Shown piece after piece: positions 47,832-56,324 of a DNA stretch of 61,934 nt. Position numbers and translations under genes: made by a program. Positions within the stretch are counted from its first letter, which is position 1; every line of letters begins with the position of its first letter. Below the pieces are notes generated by a model. The model made no database searches and was not told the origin of the DNA. It worked only from the letters and a program-made list of their open reading frames with translations. The stretch spans positions 1 to 61,934 of IMG/VR virus record IMGVR_UViG_3300031455_000003, one strand, 5' to 3'. Origin of the DNA: a virus (Duplodnaviria; Caudoviricetes).

Positions 47832-48421
47832 TGGCGGAAGTTCTTGATGCTCGTCCCGCCTGGGTCGAAGAAACCCTCGCCCGCATCGGCTTCGTCCGCG
47901 AGGGCGTGACCTACTACAACGCCAAGACGCCGCAGGACTTCGAGGCGGTCCACTGGGACGAAACCCAGCGCCTCAATCAGCGCGTCGCCTGCAAGCGGAC
48001 CAAGGTCGCCAAGCTCGGCGCGGACGGGCTGCTCCGTTACAAGCCGTGGCTCGCCGATAACTGGATGGCTCAGAAATGGGTCGCCCAGCTCGAGCAGAAC
48101 CAGCTGCTCGCCTCGTGCTGCCGGCACCCGGAGAACCACGAGATCGGGGCGTTCTATTCCTCGGACGAGGATCAGGCCAAGGGCGTCCCGGACATCTACA
48201 TCTTCTTTTGCACCTGTGGTCGAATGCATCGCAAGTTCTGCGTCGGCGGCACCAAGGGCTTCAAGACCAACCACCTCGGCGAAGTCGAGCACGAGATGGT
48301 GCCGCTGGTCGACCCGGAAACCGGGCAGCCTGCTCTGAGCGAAGAGGGGGCGCCGGTCATGGTTTCGCGCCCCGTTCAGCTGCACGCTCCCCGCCCCATG
48401 TGGATGATCGACGGCAAGTGA
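47828..48421 (+). CDS. Cys/His-rich hypothetical protein
   Basis: SCCRHPENH ... FCTCGRMHRKFC. Confidence 0.65.
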   Translation: MMAEVLDARPAWVEETLARIGFVREGVTYYNAKTPQDFEAVHWDETQRLNQRVACKRTKVAKLGADGLLRYKPWLADNWMAQKWVAQLEQNQLLASCCRHPENHEIGAFYSSDEDQAKGVPDIYIFFCTCGRMHRKFCVGGTKGFKTNHLGEVEHEMVPLVDPETGQPALSEEGAPVMVSRPVQLHAPRPMWMIDGK

Positions 48422-48422
48422 C

Positions 48423-49556
48423 ATGCCTCGCGCGCTAGGGATCAGGATCGGCGTCCCGGGGGCGGCCGAGGAAGCGCCGTCCTATACCTCCGGGCTCGCC
48501 TACGATCTGGAGTGGACGCAGAACACAGCGATCACGTCGATCAACCTGGCGACGTGCTTCAGCGGATCCACGGCGTCCTACAGCGTGGTTGAGGGCGCGC
48601 TGCCGAGTGGCGTCACGCTGTCGTCGGGGATCATCAGCGGCACGCCGACCGGCTTCCGGGGCCGGAACTGGATCACCATCCACGCGGAGAACGGCGCGGG
48701 CGAGGACGATCGCCGCTTCCTGCTCTCGGTGAAGCCGGATGAGGTGAGCGGTGCCTTCGGGACGCCCTACGCTACGATCTACGACCCGACGACGCTCGGC
48801 GTATCGACCATCAGCGCCCAGACCGTCGCGGATCTCAACGACGTCCTGATCCGCGACATGACGATTACGGGGCAGCTCCAGCTCCGCGGCGTTAACAACG
48901 CCTGCATCACCCGATGCGCGATCTCGCACTCGGCCGATGCGGACGGCCTGCGCCTTTCGCAAACCGGCTCCGGCTGCGACCAGATCGTCGCCTACGGCAA
49001 CAGCATAAACTCCAGCGGCCGGGACTCGATCGGCATCTCCGGGGATTGGCCGTTTCACGGTCCAGACCTGCACATTCTGAATAACTACATCTACAACTCT
49101 GGCAACAACGCCTCGCCCAAAGAGCACGGCATGTATATCATGACCATGTGCTATATCCACGGGAACATCGTCTATAACTCCGGCTACGGTAACGCGATCT
49201 CCACGCGCTCTTCGGCGGATATCCGGTGCAACTTCGTCTATACGGCAAACGACGCTGGCGTGAGCTACTACTGCGACCATCCGGAGTCAGACCCGAACAG
49301 CTGGATTTGCCGCGGCAACGTGGTGGTGAATGCCGGTCAGGACGGGATTTCCTACGACTTCCTGCTCCGCGACGTGCCGGACGCGAACAACCGGGTTTCG
49401 ACATTCGAGATCGTCGGTAACTGGGGCACGGCCGACGAGGGCCTCTACGAAGCGCAGACCGGCTACTCCGGCGCGAGCATCACGGCATCAGGCAATACAA
49501 CGCTGGCGAGCGATGCTGCTGGCCTGGCCATGTTCCCAGCGACGCCCTGGGTCTAA
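48423..49556 (+). CDS. Ig-like (He_PIG) domain + right-handed beta-helix protein
   Basis: YSVVEGALPSGVTLSSGIISGTPT; Asn-ladder repeats. Confidence 0.75.
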   Translation: MPRALGIRIGVPGAAEEAPSYTSGLAYDLEWTQNTAITSINLATCFSGSTASYSVVEGALPSGVTLSSGIISGTPTGFRGRNWITIHAENGAGEDDRRFLLSVKPDEVSGAFGTPYATIYDPTTLGVSTISAQTVADLNDVLIRDMTITGQLQLRGVNNACITRCAISHSADADGLRLSQTGSGCDQIVAYGNSINSSGRDSIGISGDWPFHGPDLHILNNYIYNSGNNASPKEHGMYIMTMCYIHGNIVYNSGYGNAISTRSSADIRCNFVYTANDAGVSYYCDHPESDPNSWICRGNVVVNAGQDGISYDFLLRDVPDANNRVSTFEIVGNWGTADEGLYEAQTGYSGASITASGNTTLASDAAGLAMFPATPWV

Positions 49557-49576
49557 CCCCCACCTAGGAGACTATT

Positions 49577-49852
49577 TTGGCCCAGACCTTCAGCTTCCCC
49601 GTCGTCGGGGAGAACGAAACCGCGTTCATTTCGGGGACGTTGACCGTCACGCTCAAGGAGGCGGGGCCGACCTACATCCCGGTTCCCGGCCTGCCGGCGA
49701 CCACGATCACCAAGGGCGGCGCTCCGGTCGTGATCCCGGCCGCGCCGCACTTTAGCGGCGTCACGTCATGGTCGCTCGGTGCAGGCTCGCCGCCTTGGGC
49801 CAGCATCAACCCCGCAACCGGGAACGTCACCCTCACGCCACCGGCGGCCTGA
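49577..49852 (+). CDS. Circularly permuted Ig-like (He_PIG) protein
   Basis: TAGGAG RBS + TTG; ends in PPWASINPATGNVTLTP, begins with terminal-strand-like TFSFPVVGEN...GTLTVTL. Confidence 0.7.
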   Translation: MAQTFSFPVVGENETAFISGTLTVTLKEAGPTYIPVPGLPATTITKGGAPVVIPAAPHFSGVTSWSLGAGSPPWASINPATGNVTLTPPAA

Positions 49853-50712
49853 TGCCGCTGGTTACCGTCGTCGGCACGAACGAGAGTGGCTCGGTCTCCG
49901 CGTCGTTCAATGTGACGGTGAACGAGCCGTCCGGCCCCAACCCGGCCGACTACGGCCAGGTAATCGCCAACCAGAGCTTCCCGAGCGGCCTCTCGCTCGA
50001 TGGCGTGACCAATCGGGCCTACGTCAACTGCACCTTCGGCAGCATGGTGCAGTTGCGAAACTGCCACCACCTGCTGTTTCTCGGCGGAACCCGGATCGGC
50101 GGGGCAGAGCGGGGCTTCAAGATCCGCGAGACCGGCTCGCCGTGCAGCGATGTCATCTTCAGCGGCATCACGATCCGGGATATTCAGGGCGACGGCTTCC
50201 TGATCTCCAACCAGAGCGGGCCGCACACCGGCGTTCAGATCATGGATTGCCGGCTCGACAACATCGGGATCGCCCCGGCCGCCGTTGGATCGGGTCTGGT
50301 GCACGGCATCTACTCGTGGACGGAGGTCTACTTCGCCCGGAACAGGGTCACCCGCTGCGTCGGCGGCAACGGCGTTTCGCTCCGGGGCGGCGGCGTGGTC
50401 GAGGGGAACTGGATCGCGGACTGCCAGAAGGGCGGGATCACCTATTTCGGCGACCACCCGGCCGGGCCGTCGAACCGCTACGTGATCCGCGGCAACGCGG
50501 TGACTGTGCCGAACCCCGGCGGTGGATATGCCGACATCACTCTGCTGACCCCGCCGACCGCGTCCTACCGGGTCGGCAACTTCGAGATCCGCGACAACGT
50601 CATCACGCGGCCGGTGATGATCGGCTCGGGCTACGGCGGCGCGGTGATCACGCAGAGCAACAACCAGATCCGCACCGACGCGCAGGTGAGGGCGCTGTTC
50701 CCAGCGGGGTAG
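49852..50712 (+). CDS. Beta-helix protein with N-terminal partial Ig strands
   Basis: TGATG-coupled; VTVVGTNESGSVSASFNVTV then beta-helix paralogous to 48423-49556. Confidence 0.75.
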   Translation: MPLVTVVGTNESGSVSASFNVTVNEPSGPNPADYGQVIANQSFPSGLSLDGVTNRAYVNCTFGSMVQLRNCHHLLFLGGTRIGGAERGFKIRETGSPCSDVIFSGITIRDIQGDGFLISNQSGPHTGVQIMDCRLDNIGIAPAAVGSGLVHGIYSWTEVYFARNRVTRCVGGNGVSLRGGGVVEGNWIADCQKGGITYFGDHPAGPSNRYVIRGNAVTVPNPGGGYADITLLTPPTASYRVGNFEIRDNVITRPVMIGSGYGGAVITQSNNQIRTDAQVRALFPAG

Positions 50713-50715
50713 CCC

Positions 50716-52926
50716 ATGGCTTTCGTCAGCGGCAGCTATCCCTACCTGAACCTTTCCGGGAATAGCGTAGCCAACGTTCCGATCGGCACGGCCTCGGCTG
50801 GTCGACTGGTTGTCGTTTCGATCATCTACACCGGCACGTTGGGGGCCGCGGGAACGATCGGCGGCGTCACCGCGGCCCGGATCAACACCGGGTCTCGCGT
50901 GCTAATGTGGGCGAACGTCCCGACTGGCACGACGGCGACGGTCGACTTGCCCAGCGTGACGCAGATCGGCGTTGCGGGCGTCTGGGAGTTTACCGGGCTG
51001 CTGGCGACAGCCTTCGATACCGCGAGCGGCACCACTACCACGTCGACCACGATCGACGTTGCTCAGGGTGGCGCGGTCGTCGCGCACTCATGGACATCGA
51101 GCGGAGGCGGAACCACCACCTGGGCCGGCGCGGCCGAGGACACAGACAGCCTGCTGGGGACGATCAACGTCCGCATGTCGGGCGCGAGCTCCACCGGCAT
51201 GTCGGCCGAGACCGGTCGCACGATCTCGTCGTCTCACAACACCGTCTCCCTGCTGGCGGTGTCTTTCGAGCCCGTAACCGCCTACACGGTTGCGGCGGAT
51301 GCCGGGTCCTATGCGGTGGCGGGTCAGACCGCCTCGCTCGAGTTCGGTTACGAGGTTGAAGCCGCCACCGGTGCCTATGCGGTAACCGGGCAGAGCGCGA
51401 CGCTAGCGCGGGCGCTGCCGATGGTGGCGGCGGCCGGTTCCTACGTTGCCACCGGACAAGCGGCCGATCTGGAGCACGGCTGGGAGGTTGACGCCGCTGC
51501 CGGGTCGTACGGCCTCTCGGGGGCGGCGGTCGACCTGGAGCACGGTTGGGCCATTGCTGCGGCAACGGGGGCCTACGCAGTCACCGGCGCTGATGCGACG
51601 CTGACCTACACGCCGATCACCGGCTACACGATCAGCGCCGATGCGTCGTCCTACGCCGTTACCGGCGTCGCCGCGGCGCTGGAGTTCGGCTTCGCCGTCG
51701 ATGCGGACGCAGGTAGCTACGCCCTGTCCGGGTCGGACGCGAGCCTGGAGCACGGCCGCGAGGTCGTGGCCGACGCCTCGGCCTATGAGCACCTCGGCGG
51801 GGCTTCGACTTCGTTCGAGCTGATCGGGTATCAGGTCGGCGCGGACACCGGTTCCTACGCTGTCACCGGCACGGCCGCGTCGCTGGAATTTGGCTACGCC
51901 GTTGACGCGGACGCCGCCGCCTACGCGGTCAGCGGTCAGTCCGCCGACTTGGAGTTTGGTCGGGAAGTCGCCGCAGACGCCGGGTCCTACGCTGTCGCGG
52001 GTTCGAGCGTGGGCCTGTCGCGCGGGCTGCCGATCTCCGCAGGGGCGGGCTCCTACGGTGTCGCCGGGCAGACTGCGGACCTTGAACTTGGCCGTGAGGT
52101 TGCGGCCGAGGCAGGCTCCTATGCCGCGACAGGCTCGGCGGTCGATCTTGAGTTCGGCTTCGCGATCGACGCGGATGCTGGTAGCTATGCGACCACTGGT
52201 CAGGCCGCCGATCTGGAGCATGGCTGGGCGGTCGACGCAGACGCCGGCTCCTACGGCATCACTGGCAGCGATGCCGCTTTGGAGCGAACGTATCTGCTCG
52301 ACGCCGCAGAGGGCTCCTACGGCGTCTCTGGCGTCGATACTGCGCTCACCTACGAGCCCATCGGCGCTTACGTCATCGGCGCTGACGCGGGCTCCTACGC
52401 GCTCGCGGGGGCCGATGCGGCGCTTGAGTTCGGTTACGCGGTCGATGCCGATGGCACGGCCTACGGGATCGCCGGGCAGGATGCCTCGCTTGAGTTCGGT
52501 TTCGCGGTAGACGCGGACGCTGGCGGCTACGGTGTTTCGGGCGCGGCGGCCTCGCTCTACCACGTCCGCGTGATCGATGCTTCGGTCGGGGCGTACCTGA
52601 CCACCGGCTCCGATGTCGGTCTCGCGCAGGCCAGAGCGCTCGCGGCGATCGAGGCGGAATACCTCGTTGCCGGTTCCGATGCCGGTCTTGAAGTCGGCTA
52701 CATGGTCGACGCGGAGGCCGGTTCCTACGGCATATCCGGCGCTGACGTTGAACTGTTCTACGGGCTCACGATCGGCGCAGCGCCCGGCTCCTACGGCGTC
52801 ACCGGCGCTGATGTTGATCTCACCTACCGTGCTCTAAGGCGGCCGACCGGTCGAGGCGTCCTGCGCCCCGCCAGCATCTCAACTCAATCGCGCCCCGCGG
52901 CGCTGTCTACACACAGGAGGCCCTAG
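50716..52926 (+). CDS. Repeat protein: N-terminal beta domain + 23 x ~22-aa repeats
   Basis: Consensus (Y/F/R)xVxADAGSYAVTGxxAxLEFG from 51283 to 52830; basic C-terminal tail. Confidence 0.85.
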   Translation: MAFVSGSYPYLNLSGNSVANVPIGTASAGRLVVVSIIYTGTLGAAGTIGGVTAARINTGSRVLMWANVPTGTTATVDLPSVTQIGVAGVWEFTGLLATAFDTASGTTTTSTTIDVAQGGAVVAHSWTSSGGGTTTWAGAAEDTDSLLGTINVRMSGASSTGMSAETGRTISSSHNTVSLLAVSFEPVTAYTVAADAGSYAVAGQTASLEFGYEVEAATGAYAVTGQSATLARALPMVAAAGSYVATGQAADLEHGWEVDAAAGSYGLSGAAVDLEHGWAIAAATGAYAVTGADATLTYTPITGYTISADASSYAVTGVAAALEFGFAVDADAGSYALSGSDASLEHGREVVADASAYEHLGGASTSFELIGYQVGADTGSYAVTGTAASLEFGYAVDADAAAYAVSGQSADLEFGREVAADAGSYAVAGSSVGLSRGLPISAGAGSYGVAGQTADLELGREVAAEAGSYAATGSAVDLEFGFAIDADAGSYATTGQAADLEHGWAVDADAGSYGITGSDAALERTYLLDAAEGSYGVSGVDTALTYEPIGAYVIGADAGSYALAGADAALEFGYAVDADGTAYGIAGQDASLEFGFAVDADAGGYGVSGAAASLYHVRVIDASVGAYLTTGSDVGLAQARALAAIEAEYLVAGSDAGLEVGYMVDAEAGSYGISGADVELFYGLTIGAAPGSYGVTGADVDLTYRALRRPTGRGVLRPASISTQSRPAALSTHRRP

Positions 52927-53189
52927 GCCGCCCGCATCTCGATCGTCTTCCCCGCCGCGGCGAGGATGTTGATCAGCTTGTCGACGGAGAACAGGTCAAC
53001 CTTCCCGCGCAGAAGGTCGGAGATACGGGGCTGGGTCAGCCCGAGACGGCGCGCCGCTTCCGCCTGGGACCAGGCGCTCTCGCGGATAACGCGCTCGATC
53101 TCGCGCATCAGCTGAGCCCGAACCTTCATGTTCTCTGCCTCGGCGGGGGTATCCTCGATCGCGTCCCAGACGCTCTCGAACTCTTTCAT
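52923..53189 (-). CDS. higA: HigA-like XRE antitoxin
   Basis: SVWDAIED...WSQAEAARRLGLTQPRISDLLRGKVDLFSVDKL; GGAGG RBS. Confidence 0.88.
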   Translation of the reverse strand: MKEFESVWDAIEDTPAEAENMKVRAQLMREIERVIRESAWSQAEAARRLGLTQPRISDLLRGKVDLFSVDKLINILAAAGKTIEMRAA

Positions 53190-53191
53190 GT

Positions 53192-53515
53192 TCAGCCTCC
53201 TTTCAGGTCGCGGAACCGTTTGGCCGCCAAAGCCTTGTCGGCCTTGCTCGTCTTCCCTGTCTTCTTCTGGAAGCAATGCAGCACATAGACGGCGTCGGCG
53301 ATCGTCGCAGTGTAGATGACCCGAAACGCCCCCGCCTCATCCCGGACGCGGATTTCGCGGACGCCCCGCCCGATCGACTGCATCGGCTTCCAGTCCGATG
53401 GGTCCTCGCCGTTCTGCACCTTGTCGATCTGATAGCCGGCTTCGCGCCTCGCGGCCTGCGGGAAGGCCCGAAGGTCTTCGAGAGCGCTACCGCAGAACCT
53501 GACCATCTTGCTCAT
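53192..53515 (-). CDS. higB: RelE/HigB (Gp49-like) toxin
   Basis: LEDLRAFP...GYQIDKVQ.G.DP.DWKPM..IG.GVREIR...FRVIY...VYVLHCFQKKT; toxin-first order. Confidence 0.9.
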   Translation of the reverse strand: MSKMVRFCGSALEDLRAFPQAARREAGYQIDKVQNGEDPSDWKPMQSIGRGVREIRVRDEAGAFRVIYTATIADAVYVLHCFQKKTGKTSKADKALAAKRFRDLKGG

Positions 53516-53521
53516 AGGATG

Positions 53522-53550
53522 GTTATACAGAATTACGCATAAGATGGCAA
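53522..53550 (-). promoter_or_regulatory. Sigma70 promoter of TA operon
   Basis: TTGCCA-17 nt-TATAAC, ATG 6 nt downstream; imperfect IR TTATAC...GCATAA. Confidence 0.75.
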
Positions 53551-53562
53551 GAGGAAACTGTA

Positions 53563-53976
53563 ATGAGCGACATCTCAATCACCGCAGCGAACGTCATTGC
53601 GGGCGCGAACTCCATCCGTGAGGCCGGCATCGCTGGCGCGACGATCACGGCGGGTCAGGTGGTCTACAAGGACGATACGACGCGCAAGTTCCTGTTGGCG
53701 GACGCTGACGGTGCGGTTGCGTTGCGGACGCCCTACGGCATCGCCCTTAACGGCGCGGCGCTCAACCAGCCGCTCGGGGTGCTCCGGGCCGGCGAGATCA
53801 CCATTGGCGCGACCGTGACGGCTGGCGTCGCCTACTACCTGAGCGACGACCCCGGCGGCATCTGCCCGCTCGCGGATGTGAGCGGCGGGGACTACATCGT
53901 GCAGATCGGCCTCGCCAAGAGCGCCACCGTCATCGTCGTGGACTTCCAGATCACTGGCGTCGCGACGGGGGCCTGA
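53563..53976 (+). CDS. Virion structural protein (decoration/DUF2190-like)
   Basis: AGATITAGQVVY...LADAD...GIALNGA...G..YYLS. Confidence 0.65.
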   Translation: MSDISITAANVIAGANSIREAGIAGATITAGQVVYKDDTTRKFLLADADGAVALRTPYGIALNGAALNQPLGVLRAGEITIGATVTAGVAYYLSDDPGGICPLADVSGGDYIVQIGLAKSATVIVVDFQITGVATGA

Positions 53977-54060
53977 TGGCTTGTGAGGGCTGCAAGGCGC
54001 GCCGCCGCTACATCGTCAACGCCCTGGGCCGGCTGGTTCCCTACCTGAAGGACGACAGCG

Positions 54061-54417
54061 ATGGCGACGATCGAAGCGGGAAAGCTGAAGCACCGGATCG
54101 CGCTGGAGCGCCGGCAGGAGATCAACCCCGACGCCCCGAATGACTACGGCAACACCGTGGCCGATTGGGTTTCCGAGGGTGAGGTCGCGGCGCAGTTCAT
54201 TGCGCTTCGCGGCGGCGAAGCCGTCATCGCGGGGCGGCTTCAGGGTCGCCAGCCGGTGGTCATCCGGGTTCGGGCCTCTGCGCTCACGCGGTCGGTCTCG
54301 TCGGACTGGCGCGTAACGGACGTGCGGAGCGGCGTTTCCTACGCGGTGCGGACCGTGACGGAGACCGAGGATCGGGCGGCGGTCGAGATACTGGCAGAGA
54401 GCGGAGTGGCGGCGTGA
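54061..54417 (+). CDS. Head closure (stopper) protein
   Basis: AGKLKHRIAL...DYGN...W...GGEAV. Confidence 0.88.
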   Translation: MATIEAGKLKHRIALERRQEINPDAPNDYGNTVADWVSEGEVAAQFIALRGGEAVIAGRLQGRQPVVIRVRASALTRSVSSDWRVTDVRSGVSYAVRTVTETEDRAAVEILAESGVAA

Positions 54418-54866
54418 CCGCAACGGCTAACATCGCCAACGCGGACCGCCTGCTGAGGAAGCTGCGCAAGCTGCCCGATGCGGCACGCCAGCAGATCAGG
54501 GCCGCAATGGCGGAGCAAGCCGAAGAGATCGTGGAGATGATGCGTCGACTGGCTCCGGCGCACATCAAGCCGACGCTGGGCTGGAAGTGGGGCGGCAGAG
54601 CACCGAAAGGTTCGATGTCGATCGGGCGGGTCCAGGTGCCTACAGGCGATACAGCGATGACGCTGACGATTTACGCCACCGAATGGACATCGCGCTGGTT
54701 CGAGTTCGGCACCGCCGAGCGGTTCCACAAGAGCGGTAAAAGCGTGGGCGCGATCACCCCGCACCCGTTCTTCTTTCCTTCATGGCGGGCTGGACGGAAA
54801 GGCGCAAAAGCGAAGATGCGCACGGCGATCCGAAAGGCCGCCCGAGACGTGGCGCGTAGCGGATGA
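54414..54866 (+). CDS. HK97 gp10-like tail protein
   Basis: FEFGT ... PHPFFFPSWR. Confidence 0.85.
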   Translation: MTATANIANADRLLRKLRKLPDAARQQIRAAMAEQAEEIVEMMRRLAPAHIKPTLGWKWGGRAPKGSMSIGRVQVPTGDTAMTLTIYATEWTSRWFEFGTAERFHKSGKSVGAITPHPFFFPSWRAGRKGAKAKMRTAIRKAARDVARSG

Positions 54867-55285
54867 GCCCGGCCCTTGAGCTTCAAGGCCTCATCGTCCC
54901 GCGCCTCAAGGCGGACGCAACACTGGCCGCGATCATCGGAGCGCGTGTGTTCGACCATGTCCCGCGCAGCGCCACCACTGGCGCGGTGACGGCGGAATAT
55001 CCCTTCGTTGGGATGGGATATTGGAGCGAGACGCAAGATGACGCGGACTGCATCGAAGGCGGCGAGATCTTCGGCCGCATCGAGTGCTGGTCGCGCAGCG
55101 TCGGCAAGCGCGAGGCGCTGCAGCTCGCCGAGGCGGTGCGGGCCTCGCTGCACAATGCCGACCTGACGTTGTCGGAAAACGCCCTGGTTCTGATCGAGTG
55201 GGTCCGGACCGACGTGAACATGGATCCGGACGGCCTTACCGCCCACGCCACGGTTGAAATCCGGGCGCTCGTAGAGCGGCCCTAA
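54863..55285 (+). CDS. Tail terminator/completion protein (DUF3168)
   Basis: LQGLIVPRLKAD...RVFDHVP...YPFV...WSR...DPDGLTAH. Confidence 0.85.
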   Translation: MSPALELQGLIVPRLKADATLAAIIGARVFDHVPRSATTGAVTAEYPFVGMGYWSETQDDADCIEGGEIFGRIECWSRSVGKREALQLAEAVRASLHNADLTLSENALVLIEWVRTDVNMDPDGLTAHATVEIRALVERP

Positions 55286-55306
55286 ACCTCGCCATAGGAG
55301 ACAAGC

Positions 55307-55750
55307 ATGGCACAGCCGACCACCGCCCGGCCGGGCAAGATGCGCATCCTCCTTGGGAATGGAGGCGGCCCAGAGGTCTTTTCCGCTCCCTGCGGCATGA
55401 CGACCAAGGGCCTGACGATCACCAAGAACCTGTCCGAGGTCAGCATTCCCGATTGCGACGACCCCGACGCCGCCTTCTGGCAGGCGCGCGACGTCGAGAG
55501 CCTGTCGGCGGCGATCAGCGGCGAAGGCGTGCTCGCGGCCGAGAGCGAGGACGAGTGGAATGCCGCAGCGTTCAGCACGGACGCAATCAACGTCAAGGTG
55601 GAGATCGAGTTCTCCACCGGCACGCGGACCTATACCGGCGCGTTCCACATCGACAGCTTCGCCGTGTCTGCCCAGCAGGGCCAGCGCGTCAGCGCCAACA
55701 TCTCGATGCAGAGCGACGGGATCCTGTCCTCGGCTTGGGTCGCCGCGTGA
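55307..55750 (+). CDS. Major tail tube protein
   Basis: PCGMTTK...PDCDDPD..W...ISGEGV...QSDG. Confidence 0.9.
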   Translation: MAQPTTARPGKMRILLGNGGGPEVFSAPCGMTTKGLTITKNLSEVSIPDCDDPDAAFWQARDVESLSAAISGEGVLAAESEDEWNAAAFSTDAINVKVEIEFSTGTRTYTGAFHIDSFAVSAQQGQRVSANISMQSDGILSSAWVAA

Positions 55751-56163
55751 GCCGAGACGCCTCCCTGACCCTCGATTGGGCGGACGGAACTTATCCGTTC
55801 CGTCTCGCCATCGGCGAGCTGCGCGAACTGCAGGAGAAGGTGGACTGCGGCCCGCTCGTGCTGTTCCGCCGGCTGCAGGACGGGTCGTGGCGCGTCGATG
55901 ACATGGCTCAGATCCTGCGGCTCGGGCTCATTGGCGGCGGCATGACGCCAGCCGAGGCGCTGCGCCTGACCCGGGTCTATGTCGAGCAGCGCCCCCCGCT
56001 CGAGAACGTGCTCCACGCGCAGGGGGTTCTCTGGGTCGCCCTGGCGGGCGCGCCGGATGAAGCCGCAGTTCAAAAAAAAAGCGCAGGGAAACAGAGGCGC
56101 TCGCCGAACTCCCGCAAGGCAAATGGCGCTTCGCCACGATCTACGGAGCAGGTGGCGCAATAG
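55747..56163 (+). CDS. Tail assembly chaperone (gpG, GTA gp10-like)
   Basis: WADG...FRL.IGEL.ELQE..DCGP; ILRLGLIGGGM. Confidence 0.85.
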   Translation: MSRDASLTLDWADGTYPFRLAIGELRELQEKVDCGPLVLFRRLQDGSWRVDDMAQILRLGLIGGGMTPAEALRLTRVYVEQRPPLENVLHAQGVLWVALAGAPDEAAVQKKSAGKQRRSPNSRKANGASPRSTEQVAQ

Positions 56164-56324
56164 GCTTTCCGCCCCGCGAGGTGGACGCGATGAGCCTCTG
56201 GCAGTTCAACGCTGCGGTTGAGGGCTACCTCGACGCGCACGTGCCGGAATATGGGTTAAGCCATGCCGAGGCAGATGAAATCTGGGCCTGGATGCAGGAG
56301 AAGGAAGGGCTGCGGCCGAACTAG
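56073..56324 (+). CDS. gpT extension made by -1 frameshift at A AAA AAA
   Basis: Open -1 frame KKRRETEAL...IYGAGGAIGFPPREVDAMSLWQF to TAG at 56322-56324. Confidence 0.75.
   Translation, partial: KKKRRETEALAELPQGKWRFATIYGAGGAIGFPPREVDAMSLWQFNAAVEGYLDAHVPEYGLSHAEADEIWAWMQEKEGLRPN

Noticed and set aside
51283-52830. CRISPR array or DNA-level tandem repeat
   Set aside because: Periodicity is a degenerate 66-nt protein repeat with variable third positions; no constant repeat with unique spacers and no cas genes.
56084-56093. GGGAAAC as the tail chaperone slippery site
   Set aside because: Not in the X XXY YYZ phase of the gpG frame; the upstream A-run is.
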